From Mobula hypostoma (taxonomy: Eukaryota), in assembly GCF_963921235.1 (NCBI RefSeq), contig NC_086097.1, positions 181,166,001 through 181,230,000 on the forward strand: a stretch of 64,000 nucleotides of DNA. Reading direction: 5' to 3'. The position numbers were made by a program, and so were the translations under genes. Under the pieces are notes generated by a model that saw only the letters and a program-made list of their open reading frames with translations, was not told the DNA's origin and did no database searches. Below, in pieces: positions 11,786 to 25,215 of this stretch (positions within the stretch are counted from its first letter, which is position 1; each line of letters starts with the position of its first letter).

Positions 11786-14474
11786 TGGCAATCACATTTG
11801 CATAGCTCAGTCATGGGAAATGGTTATTTGTGTCTGCTCTATGCCAGAGTATCACTCCCTGCACTTGTATTGCAGGTGATTGATGCCAGTTTGAGTTTTA
11901 ATTCTCTGCTTAGTGTCATTTCTCTACAAGTTTCTATTATGGAGTATGCGGAATCTAATGGAAGGGTAAGACATGGTCGGGAAGACTGGATTCCAAAGTC
12001 ACTGCTCCATTAACTAGGGATGATAACAGCCCTGGTCAATTGACCCCTCAGTTCAAGGTGGACCGGAAATGAAAATGTAAAACAAACTGCAGATATTGGA
12101 CCCATGATGTTGTGCCCACCTTTTAACATTCTCCAAGATCAATCCAACCCTTCCCTCCCACATCGTCCTAAGAATCAGCCATCTGCCTAAGAATCTCTAA
12201 AACATACCCAAATGTATCTTCCTTTACCATAACCCTGACAGCAATTTCTACACACTTACTGTAAAAATGAAAAAATAAATCTTCCTCTGTCACACACCTA
12301 TACTTTCCTCCAATCAACTTAATATTACGCCCTCTTGTATTATTTATTTCCACCTTGGGAAAAGTTTGTTGGCTGTCCACTCTATCTAAGCCTTTTATCA
12401 TCTTACACACCTCAATCAAGTTATCTTTCATCCTGCAATAAAAACAATGTTGGAAACACTCGGTAAATCAGGCAATATCTGTGGGAAGTGCAGCAGCTAG
12501 TGTATCAGGTCTGGGACCCTTCGTAGATAGAGTGGCTTGCTGCAAGGATCCTGAGTGTTCATCTGGTGGGACAACTCCCCTCCTAATCACTCAGTCTTAC
12601 ATTGGAGTCTGGTGTCACCTTAAGATGGAACAAGTCAGGATTGAGATACAAGGCTAAGAGATTGAATCAGTGGCTGAAGTCTGTCTACAATTTGAGTTGT
12701 TTTTTTCTTGATATGTGCCTTTCACAAGTGCATCATCTGTCATGTTAAGGTTTCCAAAACAAGTTCAAAAATAATATTCATTTGATGTTTGTAAATGAGG
12801 ATCACATAAAAGTAACAGAAAAAGTTTGAACAAGTTAGGACTTTATTCCCTAGAGACAGGGAGTTTTGACGGAGGTATACTAAATTATGAGGAGCATAGA
12901 TAGGGTAAATGCAAACAGGCTTTTTCCACTGAGATTGGGTGAAACTAGAACTAGAGGTCATAGGTTAAGGTGAAACATTAAGGGGAGCCTGAGGAGGACC
13001 TTGTTCATTCATTGGGTAGTGTGAGTGTGGATACAGTTTGATTGCAACATTTAATAGAAGTTTGGATAAGTACATGGACAGAAGGGGTATGATGGGCTAT
13101 AATATGGGTGTGGGCCGATAGGTGTAGGTATAATAACAGTTCACCATTGACTAGATGGGCTAGAGGGCATGTTTCTGTGCTGTAGTACTCTGACTTTCTG
13201 ACTGTAAAAGAAGGGATTCCCTCTGGTAGCCATTTGGATGGCATAGGTGCCTATCAAATATTGAAGGTTCAGGGCCACCTGAATTCCTTCAAAGTATGTG
13301 TGGCTGTGCGATGGCAAAGGCTTTGGTGTCACACGTGTGTCACCCTAGAGAGTGGTTCATGTTGTTAAAGAAGAGGAACTCGCATAAGGAAGATTACAAC
13401 AGGCAAGCAGGCACTGTAAAGCAAACAGACTGAGGCAGTATTATGGTGATAACACATTTCAAGCGGATGGCTTCCTTTATCTGGGCAATGCACACATCTG
13501 TAGGTTTTAAAATTCCAATGCAAATGTTTGTCTCTTTGAACATCTTTATTTAAACACATAACACTATAGGGGCTTGTCCTCTCCTGTCCAGAATTACATG
13601 GAAATCACAGGTCAGAAACAGCTATTCAATCCCATTATTTTATCCAGGTGCTTTTACGCCAAGTGATTCATTCTGAGTTCCCATTATCTTTTAAATCTCC
13701 TTTCCTTCAGCTACCAGACTTACCTCTTCGTTAATTTTTGCGTATAATTCAGTATCTCGCCATTATCTTAAATCTTTTTTTAAAAATTGCATCTATGCCT
13801 CTTTGTTCTTGGCTCTTGGAGACTTACATCGACAATTTAAACAATTCAATGTAATCACTTCACAATCTTTCTTGTTCAGCTGTTATGATCCTGAATCTTT
13901 AAATAATATTTTTTGGCAGTATTTCCCCACGCTAGATGGTGTCTCGATAAATCTGTTCTGCTCCATCTTTATTGTCAAAATCAGAATCAGATTAATTATC
14001 ACTGTCATATGATGTAAAGTTTGTTTTGCAACTTTAAAAACCTAAAAATCTATAAATTACAAAAATAAAGAAATAATGAGGCAGTGTTCATTGGTGTATG
14101 GAGCGTTCAGAAATCTGATGGCACAGAGGAAGAAACTGTTGCTGGATTATTGAGTGTGGGCTTTTAGGCCTCTGTACATCCACCCTAATGGTGATACCCA
14201 GAAGAGGGCATACCCACCCCCCCCAATGGTGAAGGACCTTGATGATGGATGCCACCTGATCCCTCAAGTTTTGCACAGATTCTCTATGGGATTGCCACAC
14301 TCCCCTTTATCCCTCTCTATCAACCCTGTATTTATCTGGCTTTTCTTCCAAATGACCTGAACAATTTAAGCAGTTACTTTTACAGCCCCCACCCCCCCCC
14401 GCAAGCCAGACCCCTGCACCATTTTTCAAAACAAAGCATTCAATTTCACATCCACTTACATTTATTTAACTGAA

Positions 14475-15240
14475 GGTTAACAAGGTAGAACATACAGGGT
14501 TAATGGTAAGGCACTGAGGAGTGCAGTGGAATAGATGGATCTGGGAATACAGATACAAAATTCCCTAAAAGTGGCATCACAGGTAGATAGGGTCGTAAAG
14601 AGAGCTTTTGGTACATTGGCCTTTATTAATTGAAGTATTGAGTATAAGAGCTGGAATGTTATGATGAGGTTGTATAAGGCATTGGTGAGGCCGAATCTGG
14701 AGTATTGTGTTCAGTTTTGGTCACCAAATTACAGGAAGGATATAAATAAGGTTGAAAGAGTACAGAGAAGGTTTACAAGGTTGTTGCCGGGACTTGAGAA
14801 ACTCTGTTACAGAGAAAGGTTGAATAGGTTAGGACTTTATTTCCTGGAGCGTAGAAGAATGAGGGGAGATTTGATAGAGGTATATAAAATTATGACAGGT
14901 ATAGATAGAATGAATGCAAGCAGGCTTTTTCCACTGAGGCCAGGGGAGAAAAAAAACCAGAGGACGTGGGTTAAGGGTGAGGGGGGGGAGTTTAAAGGGA
15001 ACATTAGGTGGGGCTTCTTCACACAGAGAGTGGTGGGAGTATGGAATGAGCTGCCAGACGAGGTGGTAAATGCAGGTTCTTTTTTAACATTTAAGAATAA
15101 ATTGGACAGATACATGGATGGGAGGTGTATGGAGGGATATGGTCCGTGTGCAGGTCAGTGGGACTAGGCAGAAAATGGTTCGGCACAGCCAAGAAGGGCC
15201 AAAAAGCCTGTTTCTGTGCTGTAGTTTCTATGGTTCTATT
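14475..15240 (+). mobile_element. CR1 LINE 3' fragment
   Basis: LYKALVRPNLEYCVQFWSP...ERVQRRFT...RMRGDLIEVYKIM C-terminal motifs; ttctatggttctat tail. Confidence 0.9.
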
Positions 15241-16721
15241 CTTATTGTTCATTCCAACATCTCGTCCCCATCACTTTGTCTCTTGAATCCTAATGCAGCG
15301 TTTTGACCTGAAATGTCAACAATTCCTTTCCTTGCAGATGCCGTTCAACCTGCTGAGTTCCTCCAGCAGATTGTTTGTTGCTCTAGATTCCAGCATCTGC
15401 AAAATTGTATGCATCTTCCTTGTTACATATAATTGTTGGTGTGAACTGGGCTCATGGTTCTGGGGAAATACAGAATGCTGATGTATCAGAAGAGGGACTC
15501 ATTTGCTCTCTTTCCTCTTTCCCACTTGGACATCATGTTGATAAACTGCAGTGAATTATAGTGGCTCCCATTCTGTGGTATACAGGGAGCATAAACACAA
15601 ATTGTTAAGTAAGAAACCAGCCATTTGGCCTGACTGCTGGCAATTATGCTCCCTTCTAGCTTATTCACATTGTTCCTTATCCTGCTGTATCATCTTAACC
15701 TTCCACCCCTTCCTCTCTTCTGTCTGTGAACTGAACAACACACAAAACGCCGGAGGAACTCTGCAGGCCAGGCAGCATCTATGGGGAAAAAGAAAGTTTT
15801 GGCCTGAAATGTCAACTGTACTTTTTTCCATAGATGCTGCCTGGCCTGCTGAGTTCCTCCGGCATATTGTGTGTGTTGCTCGGATTTCCAGCATCTGCAG
15901 ATTTTCTCTTGTTAGTGATCTGAACAACCTTGTGTAAGTGGAGTCTTGCTTTACATTACTGTTTAAAGTCCCTGTGAAGTAATGCTGGCAAGGTGAGGTC
16001 ACATTCATGAGCAGGTTTTTCCTCTTAAGATTGTGGAGTACTTTATGGCCAAGTAATAACATTTCAAGCGTGCTTGCTGTTACATGAGAGAACAACCAAT
16101 TCAGGCAGTAAAATCCTACAACAAGCTATCAAGCTCACAGGGACTTGTGTCCTGATTCTGCATCATGTATGGGATTGTGTTCATGCAAAGTTTCATGGTG
16201 ACTAATTCAGCCTGAACAAAAAATATCTTGTGGATATGAAGAAGGAATCTTATAAATGAGTCATAGAATTGTAAAGCATAGAAACCAGGCCACTCTGCTA
16301 ACCATGTCAATACTAGCCCCTTTTCTCATCTACACTAATACCATTTGTTCTGTATCCTCCTAAACCTTGTCTATTCAAGTGACCTGTCTCTGGAACATAG
16401 TTATTCCACCTGAATCTACCACTTCTGGCTGTGAGTTCCGGATATGAAGCACTCTCTATGTAAGCATGGGAGGACCTCTACCTCTATCAGGATGCCCTTC
16501 ATCAATCTTCTTTGCTCTAGGGAAAAGAAATCTTATCTATGTACTTATCCAAAGGTACCTCCTCAACTACTTCCTTTGGCAGTTCATTCCACCCTTTGGG
16601 TGAAGAAGTTGCCCCTCAGGTCCGTTTTAAGCAGGAGTTCCCAACTTTTTTTTTATGTCATGGACCAATACCACTAAGCAAGGGCTTTGAGAACCCCAGC
16701 TTTTGAGTTTTTCACTTCTCA

Positions 16722-17650
16722 TAGAACATAGAACAGCACAGGAACAGGCCCTTCAGCCCACAGTATTGTACCAAACCAATTAAATTAGTAATCAAATGGC
16801 CAATACTAATCTGCCTACACAATGTCCATATCATTCTATTTCTGTCACATTCATGTGCCTATCTAAACATCTCTTTAAAGTCTCCACTGTTTCTTCCTCT
16901 ACCACTACCCCAGGCAGCCACTTCCATGCACCCACTACTCTCTGCGTTTTAAGAAAAAAATTGCCCCTCATGTCTCCTTTGAACTTATTCTGTCACCTTA
17001 AATGCATGCCTTCCTTATTAGACATTGTCTGTCTACTATATCTATGCCTTTCATAAGCTTATAATCCTCAATGAGATCTCCCCTCAGCCTCCGCCGCTCC
17101 AGAGAAAACAATCTAAGGTTGCCCAAACTCTCATTTTTGCAATTTCTCTAATCCTGACAGCATTTTGGTAAACCACTTCTGCACCCTCTTCAAATTCTCG
17201 ACATCCTTCCTATAATGAGGCAACCAGAACCGTGTGCAATACTACAGATGTAGCCTAACTAGTTATATAGCGCTGCAACATAACTTTTTGACTTTTAAAT
17301 CAATGCCCAGACTAACAAAGGCAACATACCGTTTGCCTTCTTAACCACCCTATCAATCTGTTTTGTCACTTTCAGGCAGCTATGAACTTGGATCCCCAAG
17401 ATCCCTCTGCTCATCAACACTGTTAAGCCCTTAACAGTGTACTGTCTCTTTACATTTGACCTAGCAAGGTACAACACTTTACATTTGGCTGGGTTTAACT
17501 CTGTCTGCGATTTCTCCACCCATATCTGCAGCTGATCTATATCCCACTATAATCTTTGCCAGTCTTCTACACTATCCACAACACCACCAATCTTTGTATC
17601 ATCTGAAAATTTACTAATCCACCCATCTACATTTTCATCCATATCACTTA
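16722..17650 (-). mobile_element. CR1 LINE 3' fragment
   Basis: Reverse-complement CR1 tail (atagaacatagaac) and NPAKCKVLYL...VKKANGML remnant. Confidence 0.8.
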
Positions 17651-17654
17651 TAAA

Positions 17655-19500
17655 CTATGATCTACGTAGAGCCATCAAGGTGGCAAAATGGCAACACGGA
17701 CAAAATCTAGTCACAACTCTGCGACAATGACACATGCAACATATGGCAAGGACTGCACACCATCACAGACTTCAAGAGGAAACGCAACGTTACAACTAAC
17801 ATTGCCACCTCGCTCCCGAACATGCTAAATATTTTTTGTGCAACACACATCAAAGTTGCTGGTGAACGCAGCAGGCCAGGCAGCATCTCTGGGAAGAGGT
17901 ACAGTCGACGTTTCAGGCCGAGATCCTTCGTCAGGACCTGACGAAGGGTCTTGGCCTGAAACGTCGACTGTACCTCTTCCCAGAGATGCTGCCTGGCCTG
18001 CTGCGTTCACCAGCAACTTTGATGTGTGTTGCTTGAATTTCCAGCATCTGCAGAATTCCTGTTGTTTGCGTTTTTAAATATTTTTTGTGCTTGATTTGAG
18101 GTTGATAAGACTAACCCTCCAAGGGGAGCCATCAACAAGATCTGTTCCTTGGTCATCTCTGAGGCTGAGGTATGTAGAGCTTTCCAATGCGTCAACAGCC
18201 ACAAGACAGCAGGGTCTGAAGGCATCCCAGGGCAGGTCCTCAAAGTGTGTGTGGAACAGCTGGCTAGTATGTTTACAGACATTTTTAATCTCTCCCTCTC
18301 CCAGTGTGTAGTGCCCTCCTGTTTCAAATCATCCATCGTTGTCCTTGTACCTAAGAACACCAAGGTAGCATGCCTGAAAGATTGGCGCCCTGTTGCACTC
18401 ACCTCAACTATGAGCAAATGCTTTGAGAGGCCTGTTAAAGACCACATCTACAGCATGCTACCACCCACACTGGACCCCCACCCCCACAATTTGTCTACCA
18501 AAGGAACCGGTCTACCAATGACGTCATGGCCACACCACTACACACTGTCCTCATTCACCTGGAGAAGAGGGATGCATATGTTAGAATGCTGTTCCTGGAG
18601 TACAGTTCAGCATTCAACACCATAATTCCCTCCAGACTTAACAGGAAGCTTAGAGACCTGTGCCTGCAGCCCGCCTTGTGCGACTGGATTCTGGACTTCC
18701 TATTGGATCACCGACAGGTGGTAAGGATGGGCTCCCTCATCTCTGACCCTCAACACAGATGCCCCCCCCCCGGGTTGTGTCCCGAGTCCCCTCCTCTATT
18801 CCCTTTACACCCATGACTGTGTTACCACATACAGCTCCAAATTTGCAGATGACACAAAATTGATGGTCTTATTTCTAGCACTGACAAGACAGCCGACAGA
18901 GGAGAGGTTAACACCCTGACACAGTGGTGCCAAGATAACAACCTTTCCCTCAATGTCCAAAAAACAGAAAAGCTGATCATGGATTACAGGAGGAATGGAG
19001 AAAGGCTCACTCCGATCAGCATCAATGGGACTGGAGCTGAGAGGGTGAGTAGTTTCAAGTTCCTCGGCAGTTTCAAATCCTCGAGACCTTCTACAGGGGC
19101 ACCATTGAGAGCATCCTGACTGGCTGTATCACCGCCTGGCACGGAACTGCACCAACCTTGATCACTAGGCACTGCAGAGAGTGGTACAGACAGCCCAACA
19201 CATCTGTGGATGTAAACTTCCCTCCATCGAGGATATTTATAGCAGCAGGTGTGTAAAGGGCTAGAAGATCATCAAGGACACCAGTCCCCCAACCACAAAC
19301 TGTTTCAGCTGCTTCCATCTGGCAAGTGGCACTGCAGCATTAAAGCCAGGACCAACAGGCTATGGGACAGCTTCTTTCTACAAGCCACGAGGCTCATAAA
19401 TTCACATGACTGTACGTTGTGATGGAGTCATAGCGCAAAGATTTTTACTCTTTCATGTTGTGGGATGGATGTAAGATTTAAATAAATACATTCAAATTCA
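17655..19500 (+). mobile_element. Rex/Babar-L2-clade LINE fragment hosting a Penelope-derived hairpin insertion
   Basis: FTDIFNLSL...WRPVALTS...KCFER, YVRMLFLEYSSAFNTI, KFADDT remnants with frameshifts. Confidence 0.85.
17840..18074. mobile_element. Penelope terminal-repeat-derived palindromic insertion with a 16-bp flanking duplication
   Basis: 96-bp arms 17840-17935 and 17937-18032; taaatattttttgtgc at 17826-17841 and 18075-18090. Confidence 0.85.
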
Positions 19501-21179
19501 AATTGAGTTAATATTTTGGGCCATTGGGCCTTCATTAAGCCTGATGAGAGGTCATTGAATTGAAGTGTAAATCTGCTGAATACCCTCAACATATTCTGGT
19601 GTTTTGTTTGCTGAAAACTCAAATCCTTTTGCTCAATTTGTTCTCCAAGTTTCAACACTTGATGTTATTGTGGCTCCAACTTCATTAAGGATGGTAGTCC
19701 TCCGCCATAGAGGGCAGCCCTGTAGGGAGGACTACTGTCATTAATTAACAGCTTGCTTTGTCTCAAGTCTCAAAGCAGCAGAAGTTTACAATTTCTGTAT
19801 TATCAATCCCAGAATCAGGTAAGGTAAACATCAGCCTGTCTGATTAACCTGCTGCAAACAGTCAGCTGGTCAGGCTTTGTCTATTGGGAGAGAAAATAGA
19901 GTAAAGTTTTAGGTCAAAGATCCTTTGTGAAGCAGAGAAGAGAAACCTGAGAAGTTCTGAAGAAAAGACTTCTAACTGAAACATTAACTCATTTCCTCTT
20001 CGTTCAGAAATGGCCCAACCTGCTGAGTATTTCTAATAATTTCTCTTTCTATTTTAGATTTCCAGCAATTGTACTTTTAAAAAGCTTTTACTAATTTGCT
20101 CCATTGTTACCTCTAACTAGTTCAGCAATGATTCGGGTGTTATCTGTTTTGGCCAGGGTACATTCCAAGCTCTGATTCATTCTATAGTCACCAGTTTTGT
20201 TGTCCTCCTCTCCATGTTTGATCAAAAGTGTTTTCCCAGATTTCTTTAATCAGAGTCCCAGACACATTGATCTTGATGTATAGGCCCTTGTATCAATGCG
20301 GTGCTGTTCAACTGGTATTTATTTGCCTGGCCTGGCCTCTTAATGAATCTTGAACAGCACGACACAGGAACAGGCACTTCAGCCCATGATGCCAAATCAA
20401 ACTAAATCAATCTACCTGCACATTCTCTGCATATTGATGTGTCTGTCTCAATGCCTGTTAAGCTCCATTACCATGTCTACTATCATCACCACCCTGGTGT
20501 ATTCCTGACTCCCATCACTTTCTGTAAAAGAAAGATTTATCTCTCACATTTTCTTCATATACGGTATTGTCCCTTCAAACTATGTTCTGTAGTATTTGAT
20601 ATTTTGAGCTCAGCAGAAAAAGGGCTCTAACTATCCAACATATCTATAACACTAATTTTATGAACCAGTACCAGGTCGTCCCCCCCCCAACCCCAGCATC
20701 CTCTGCATCAGATAAAACAATTCAAATTTGTCCACCCTTTCCTTATAGTTCATACCCTCTAATCCAGGCAGCGTCCTTGCAAACCTCTTCAGCATCCTGT
20801 CCACATCCTGCCTACAGTGGGGTGACTAGAACTGCACACAATACTCCCAAGTGAGGCCTAATCAGAGCTTTACACAGCTACAACATGACTTGATGACCCT
20901 TTTATACTCAGTGCCTTGACTGATAAAGGTAAGCATGCCTTTTGCTGCCTTCACCACCCTATCTTCTTGTGTTGCCCCTTTTAGGGGGCTATGGACTTAG
21001 GCCCCCAAGATCCCTCTTGCAACACATTCTCATACTCTTCCCATTTTAAGTATTCCCAAATTGCCCCAATCTTTTGCATGTTGCACACTGTCATGCCGTT
21101 TGGATGATGAACTTATTAACACTGCTTTTTTTTTTCAGTTGTTTACACAGGTCAGCTCTGGGGAATGTAATTTTTAAAA

Positions 21180-21291
21180 ATGGCGAGGTTTGAGACTTAC
21201 CAGGAATACCAGAGGCTTGTGGGGGATGAGTATGAAGAGGATTCTCCACCTGGTGAAGATCTATTGGTTCATGTTCCAGAGGGACTCAAAG
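21180..21291 (+). CDS. ATG9B: ATG9B first coding exon
   Basis: Polypyrimidine tract plus cag acceptor at 21138; aaaATGg start; MARFETYQEYQRL...DSPPGEDLLVHVPEGLK is ATG9-like; donor g|gtacag at 21292. Paralogue assigned by ABCB8 adjacency and downstream residues. Confidence 0.9.
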
Positions 21292-22539
21292 GTACAGGGC
21301 TTAATTCTGTCTTCTATTTTTGCCCTCTGATTTTTTTTAAAATTACTGTCATTTATGTAATCACTACAGCTCCTGTTGTCTTGAGATATTTAACCATCTT
21401 CTGTGTGCTATGTAAAAAAAATTGCCAAATTTCTACATGTGTGTCTTTCCCTTTTGTTGAGAAAAGAGGGTTCACATGACAGAAAATCACAATATAGATA
21501 GTTTTCTGGAAATACAACTCACGGGACTTGACTATACCTCAATCACGTCACCTCACAGCTTCCTTCACTCCAGGGAAATCAGACTAGACTATCCAATCTG
21601 TCCTAATGACAAAAGCCTCCAATCCAGGTAAAATTCTCACAAACCTTTTCTGTATCCTCTCCAGCTTAATCAAGTTGTTCCTGTAGTGTGGCGACCGGAA
21701 TTACACACAGTAATTACTCCAAGTGCAGCCTAAACAACACTTGCACAACTGTAACCTGATGTCCCAACTCTTATACTTAGTGCTTGAGCCGATAAAGGCA
21801 ACAATGCCATATGCCTTCATCACAATCCACTCTATCTGTGTTCCCAATTTCAAAAAACCCTTGGGTCTCTGTTTAACAATATACTCCTGTTATTTACTTT
21901 ACATGTCCTGCTCTTGTTTAACTTCCCAAAATGCATCACTTTGCCCTTGTCCAAGTTAGATTCCGTCACCTTTACCTTGGGCAACCTTCTTGACTGTCCA
22001 CCACACCACCACTTTTGATGTCCTCTGCAAACTCAAAAATCATGCCAAATGACTTATTTGAGATTTCTAACATCACAATATAGGCTACAGGGACCCAACC
22101 CCAATCGCTGTGCATACTAGTGGTCACAGGTCTCCAACTGAAAAGCAATCTTCACTACCACCTTCCCCCTCCTTTCACCAAGCCAATTTTGTATTTTATT
22201 AGCTAATGTACCCTAGAACCTTTGTCTTCCAACCTTCCAGAGCAATCTACCATGTGGACCTTGTTACAGTCCATGTAGACAATGTCTACTGCTGTCCACT
22301 TGTTAGCCATCTGTGGACTCCTCTTCAAAAATTCAAATCAAATTCCTGCACACAAAGCCATGCTGACTAACCTTCACAATGCGAAGACTAATTTTCACAA
22401 AAGCAGATAAATGCAGTCTCTCAGAATTCCATTCGGTAGTTTTCCCACCACTGATGTAAGGCTCACAAACCTGTAGTTCCCTGATTATCCCTGCAATCCT
22501 CCTTAAATAAACACATAACATTATTTATGCTTCAGTTTT

Positions 22540-25215
22540 TCAGATTTGGGTCTGAGTCCATCTGGGTAGAACTCAGCAAAAGGAGGGGTGCAATCATGCT
22601 GATGAAATTGTACTACAGACCACCCCCCCCCCCCATAACCATCAGGACATCGAGGAACAGATATGTAATGGGGTTAAGGAAATGTGTTTTTTTTTTAAAA
22701 AAAGGCTTACTTCCATGGGGGATTTCAACTTCACTAATATAAAATATGACCTCCTTGGTGCAAGGGGTTTAGAGGGGGCAGAATTTATTGTGTATCCAGG
22801 AAGGTTTCTCAAATCAATTTGTGAACGGTCTAACGAGAGGTGGGGCTGTACTGGACCTGGTGTTGGATAACAAGCCTGGCCAGTTGACTGACCTTTCAAT
22901 GGGTGAACAGTTAGGGGACAGTGACGACAACTCCTTAACTTTCAGGATAGCTATGGCCCTTTTGGGAAAGTTTTAAATTGGAGTAGGGCAAATTATGAGG
23001 GCATTAGGCAGAAACTGAAGTGTTAATTGGCAAGTTCACATCAGACATGTGGAGAGGTTTAAAGATCAATTGCACAGAGGTATGTTCCTGTCAGAAGGAA
23101 GGATGGGGATGAAAAGCTAAGAAAACCTTGGATGTCTAGAGAAGTTAAACGAAGGGTCTCGGCCTGAAACGTCGACTGCGCCTCTTCCTATAGATGCTGC
23201 TTGGCCTGCTGCGTTCACCAGCAACTTTGTGATGTATGTCTAGAGAAGTGATGAATTTAGTCAAGAAGAAAAAGGAGAAGTACGTATTGTTTTGGAAGTT
23301 AGGATCAAACAAAACACATGAGTATTAAGAAGCCAGAAAAGAACTAAAGAAGGGAATTGGGAAAGCCAGGAGGGGTCAGGAAAAATCCTTGGTAAGTAGG
23401 ATTAAGGTGACTCCCAAGGAATTCTATACATACATTAAGAGTAAGAGGATAACATGGGAGAGGATAGGACCACTCAAGGATAAAGGAGGGAACATTTGCT
23501 TGGATGTGGAGAATATGAGTGAAGTATTTAATGAGTACTTTGCTTCAGTATTTACCAAGGAAAGGGATATGGACGACTAGGAGATCAGTGTTGAGTACAT
23601 GCATATAGGGTGTTTAGAGATCGAGGAGGAAGCGTTCAAATGAGTATTAAGGCGGCTAAGTCCCCAAGCCTGTTGGGATTTACCCCAGGTTACTGAAGGA
23701 GGCAAGGGATGAGATTTCTGTGCTCTTGACCAGTATCTTCGTGCCCTCTCTAGCTACAGGCGAGGTCCCAGAGAGCTGGTGAGTGGTTAATGTGTATCTC
23801 TATTGAAGAGGGGAATAAGGGAAAATCCTTGGAACTATAGGCCATGTAGTCTCATGTCAGTTGTAGGGAAATTGCTGTAGAAAATTCTTATGGATAGGAT
23901 ATATGTGCGTTTGGAAACCGATGGCCTAATTAGGGAGAGCCAGCATGGGCTGTGTGTGGGGCAGGTTGTGCCTTACCAACTTGATTGAGTTTTTTGACAA
24001 GGTGACATGAGAGATTGATGAGGGTAGGGCAATGGATGTTGTCTGCATAGATTCTACTAAGGCATTTGACAAAGTCCTTCATTGGAGGCTAAACCAGAAG
24101 ATTAAGATGCATTGGGTCCACAGTGAATTGGCTGTTTGGGTTCAGAACTGACTTGCGCAGAGAAGACGGTGGGAAGTGGTTTGAAGGGACTTAGTCGAGC
24201 TGGAGGTCTGTAGTTAGTGGTTACCGAAGGGATCTGAGCTGGAACTGCTGCTGTTTGTGATGTGTATAAGTGAACTGGGTGAAAACGTAGATGGGTGGGT
24301 TTGTAATTTTGCAGATGATGCCAAGATTGGGGGAATTGTGGGTAGTGTAGAAGACTGGCAATCAATCCAGCACGATATAGATCAGTTGCAGATATGGGCT
24401 GAGAAGTGGCAGTTGGAGTGTAACCCCGATAAATGTAGGGTATTGCACCTTGATAGGGCAAATGCAAGGAGACAGTACGTTGTTTAGAACAAGTGTTGCT
24501 GGTAGAGGATCTTGGGATCCAAGTGCATTGCTCCTTGAAAGTAGTTACACAGTTTGATTAAGGAGTTTAAGAAGGCTTATGAAATACTTGCTTTTATTAG
24601 TTGAGGCATTGAGTTTAAAAGTCAAGAGGTCATGTTACAACTTTGAAACTCTGGTTAGGCTACGTTTAGTGTATTGCATACGTTTCTGGTCTCCCCACTA
24701 TCGGAAGGATGTTGAGGCTTTGGAGAGGGTGCAGAAGAGGTTTACTGGGATGCTGCCTGGTTTAGAGGGAATGTTCTATCATGAGAGGCTGGATAAACTT
24801 GGGTTGTTTTCTCTAGAGCAGTGGAGGCTGAGAGGAGATCTGATAGAGATCTATAAGATTATGAGAGGCATTAATAGGGTGGACAGAGTGTGTCTTTTTC
24901 CCCGGGTAGAAGTGTCTAATACCAGAGGGCATACATTGAAGGTGAGAGAGGGTAGGTTCAAGGGGGATGTGAGGGGTAAGTTTTTTTACTCAGAGTTGTG
25001 GATGCCTAGAATGCGCTCCCTGGTATAGTGGTAGAGGCAAATACATTAGAGGTGTTCAAGAGATGTTTGGATAGGCACTTGGATAGAGGAATGTGGGCAT
25101 GGTGTAGGTAGGAGGGTTTAGTGTTTTGGATATTTTTGATGTGCTTTTTAGCTGGCTCAGCACGACATTGGGGACCAACTGGCCTGTTCCTGTGCTGTAT
25201 TGTTTTATGGTCTAT
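22540..25215 (+). mobile_element. Degenerate long CR1 LINE (endonuclease end through RT to 3' tail)
   Basis: YYRPP, MGDFNF, LDLVL, FYTYIKSKR, FADDAKIGG, ERVQKRFT motifs in order, with many frameshifts. Confidence 0.88.
23146..23235 (+). mobile_element. ~90-bp Penelope terminal-repeat fragment with a 14-bp target-site duplication
   Basis: atgtctagagaagt at 23132-23145 and 23236-23249 flanks cgaagggtctcggcctgaaacgtcgact...caccagcaacttt. Confidence 0.85.

Noticed and set aside
16632..16699. Tiny hAT-type MITE (caggagttcccaac...gagaacccc)
   Set aside because: TIRs and TSD are too degenerate to call with confidence.
17937..17969. Functional + strand hammerhead in the palindrome
   Set aside because: The 5' side of stem I is disrupted (ggac rather than agtc), and the long hairpin would sequester the core.
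17825..18077. Near-identical peptides encoded on both strands
   Set aside because: A trivial consequence of the DNA palindrome; no evidence of coding.
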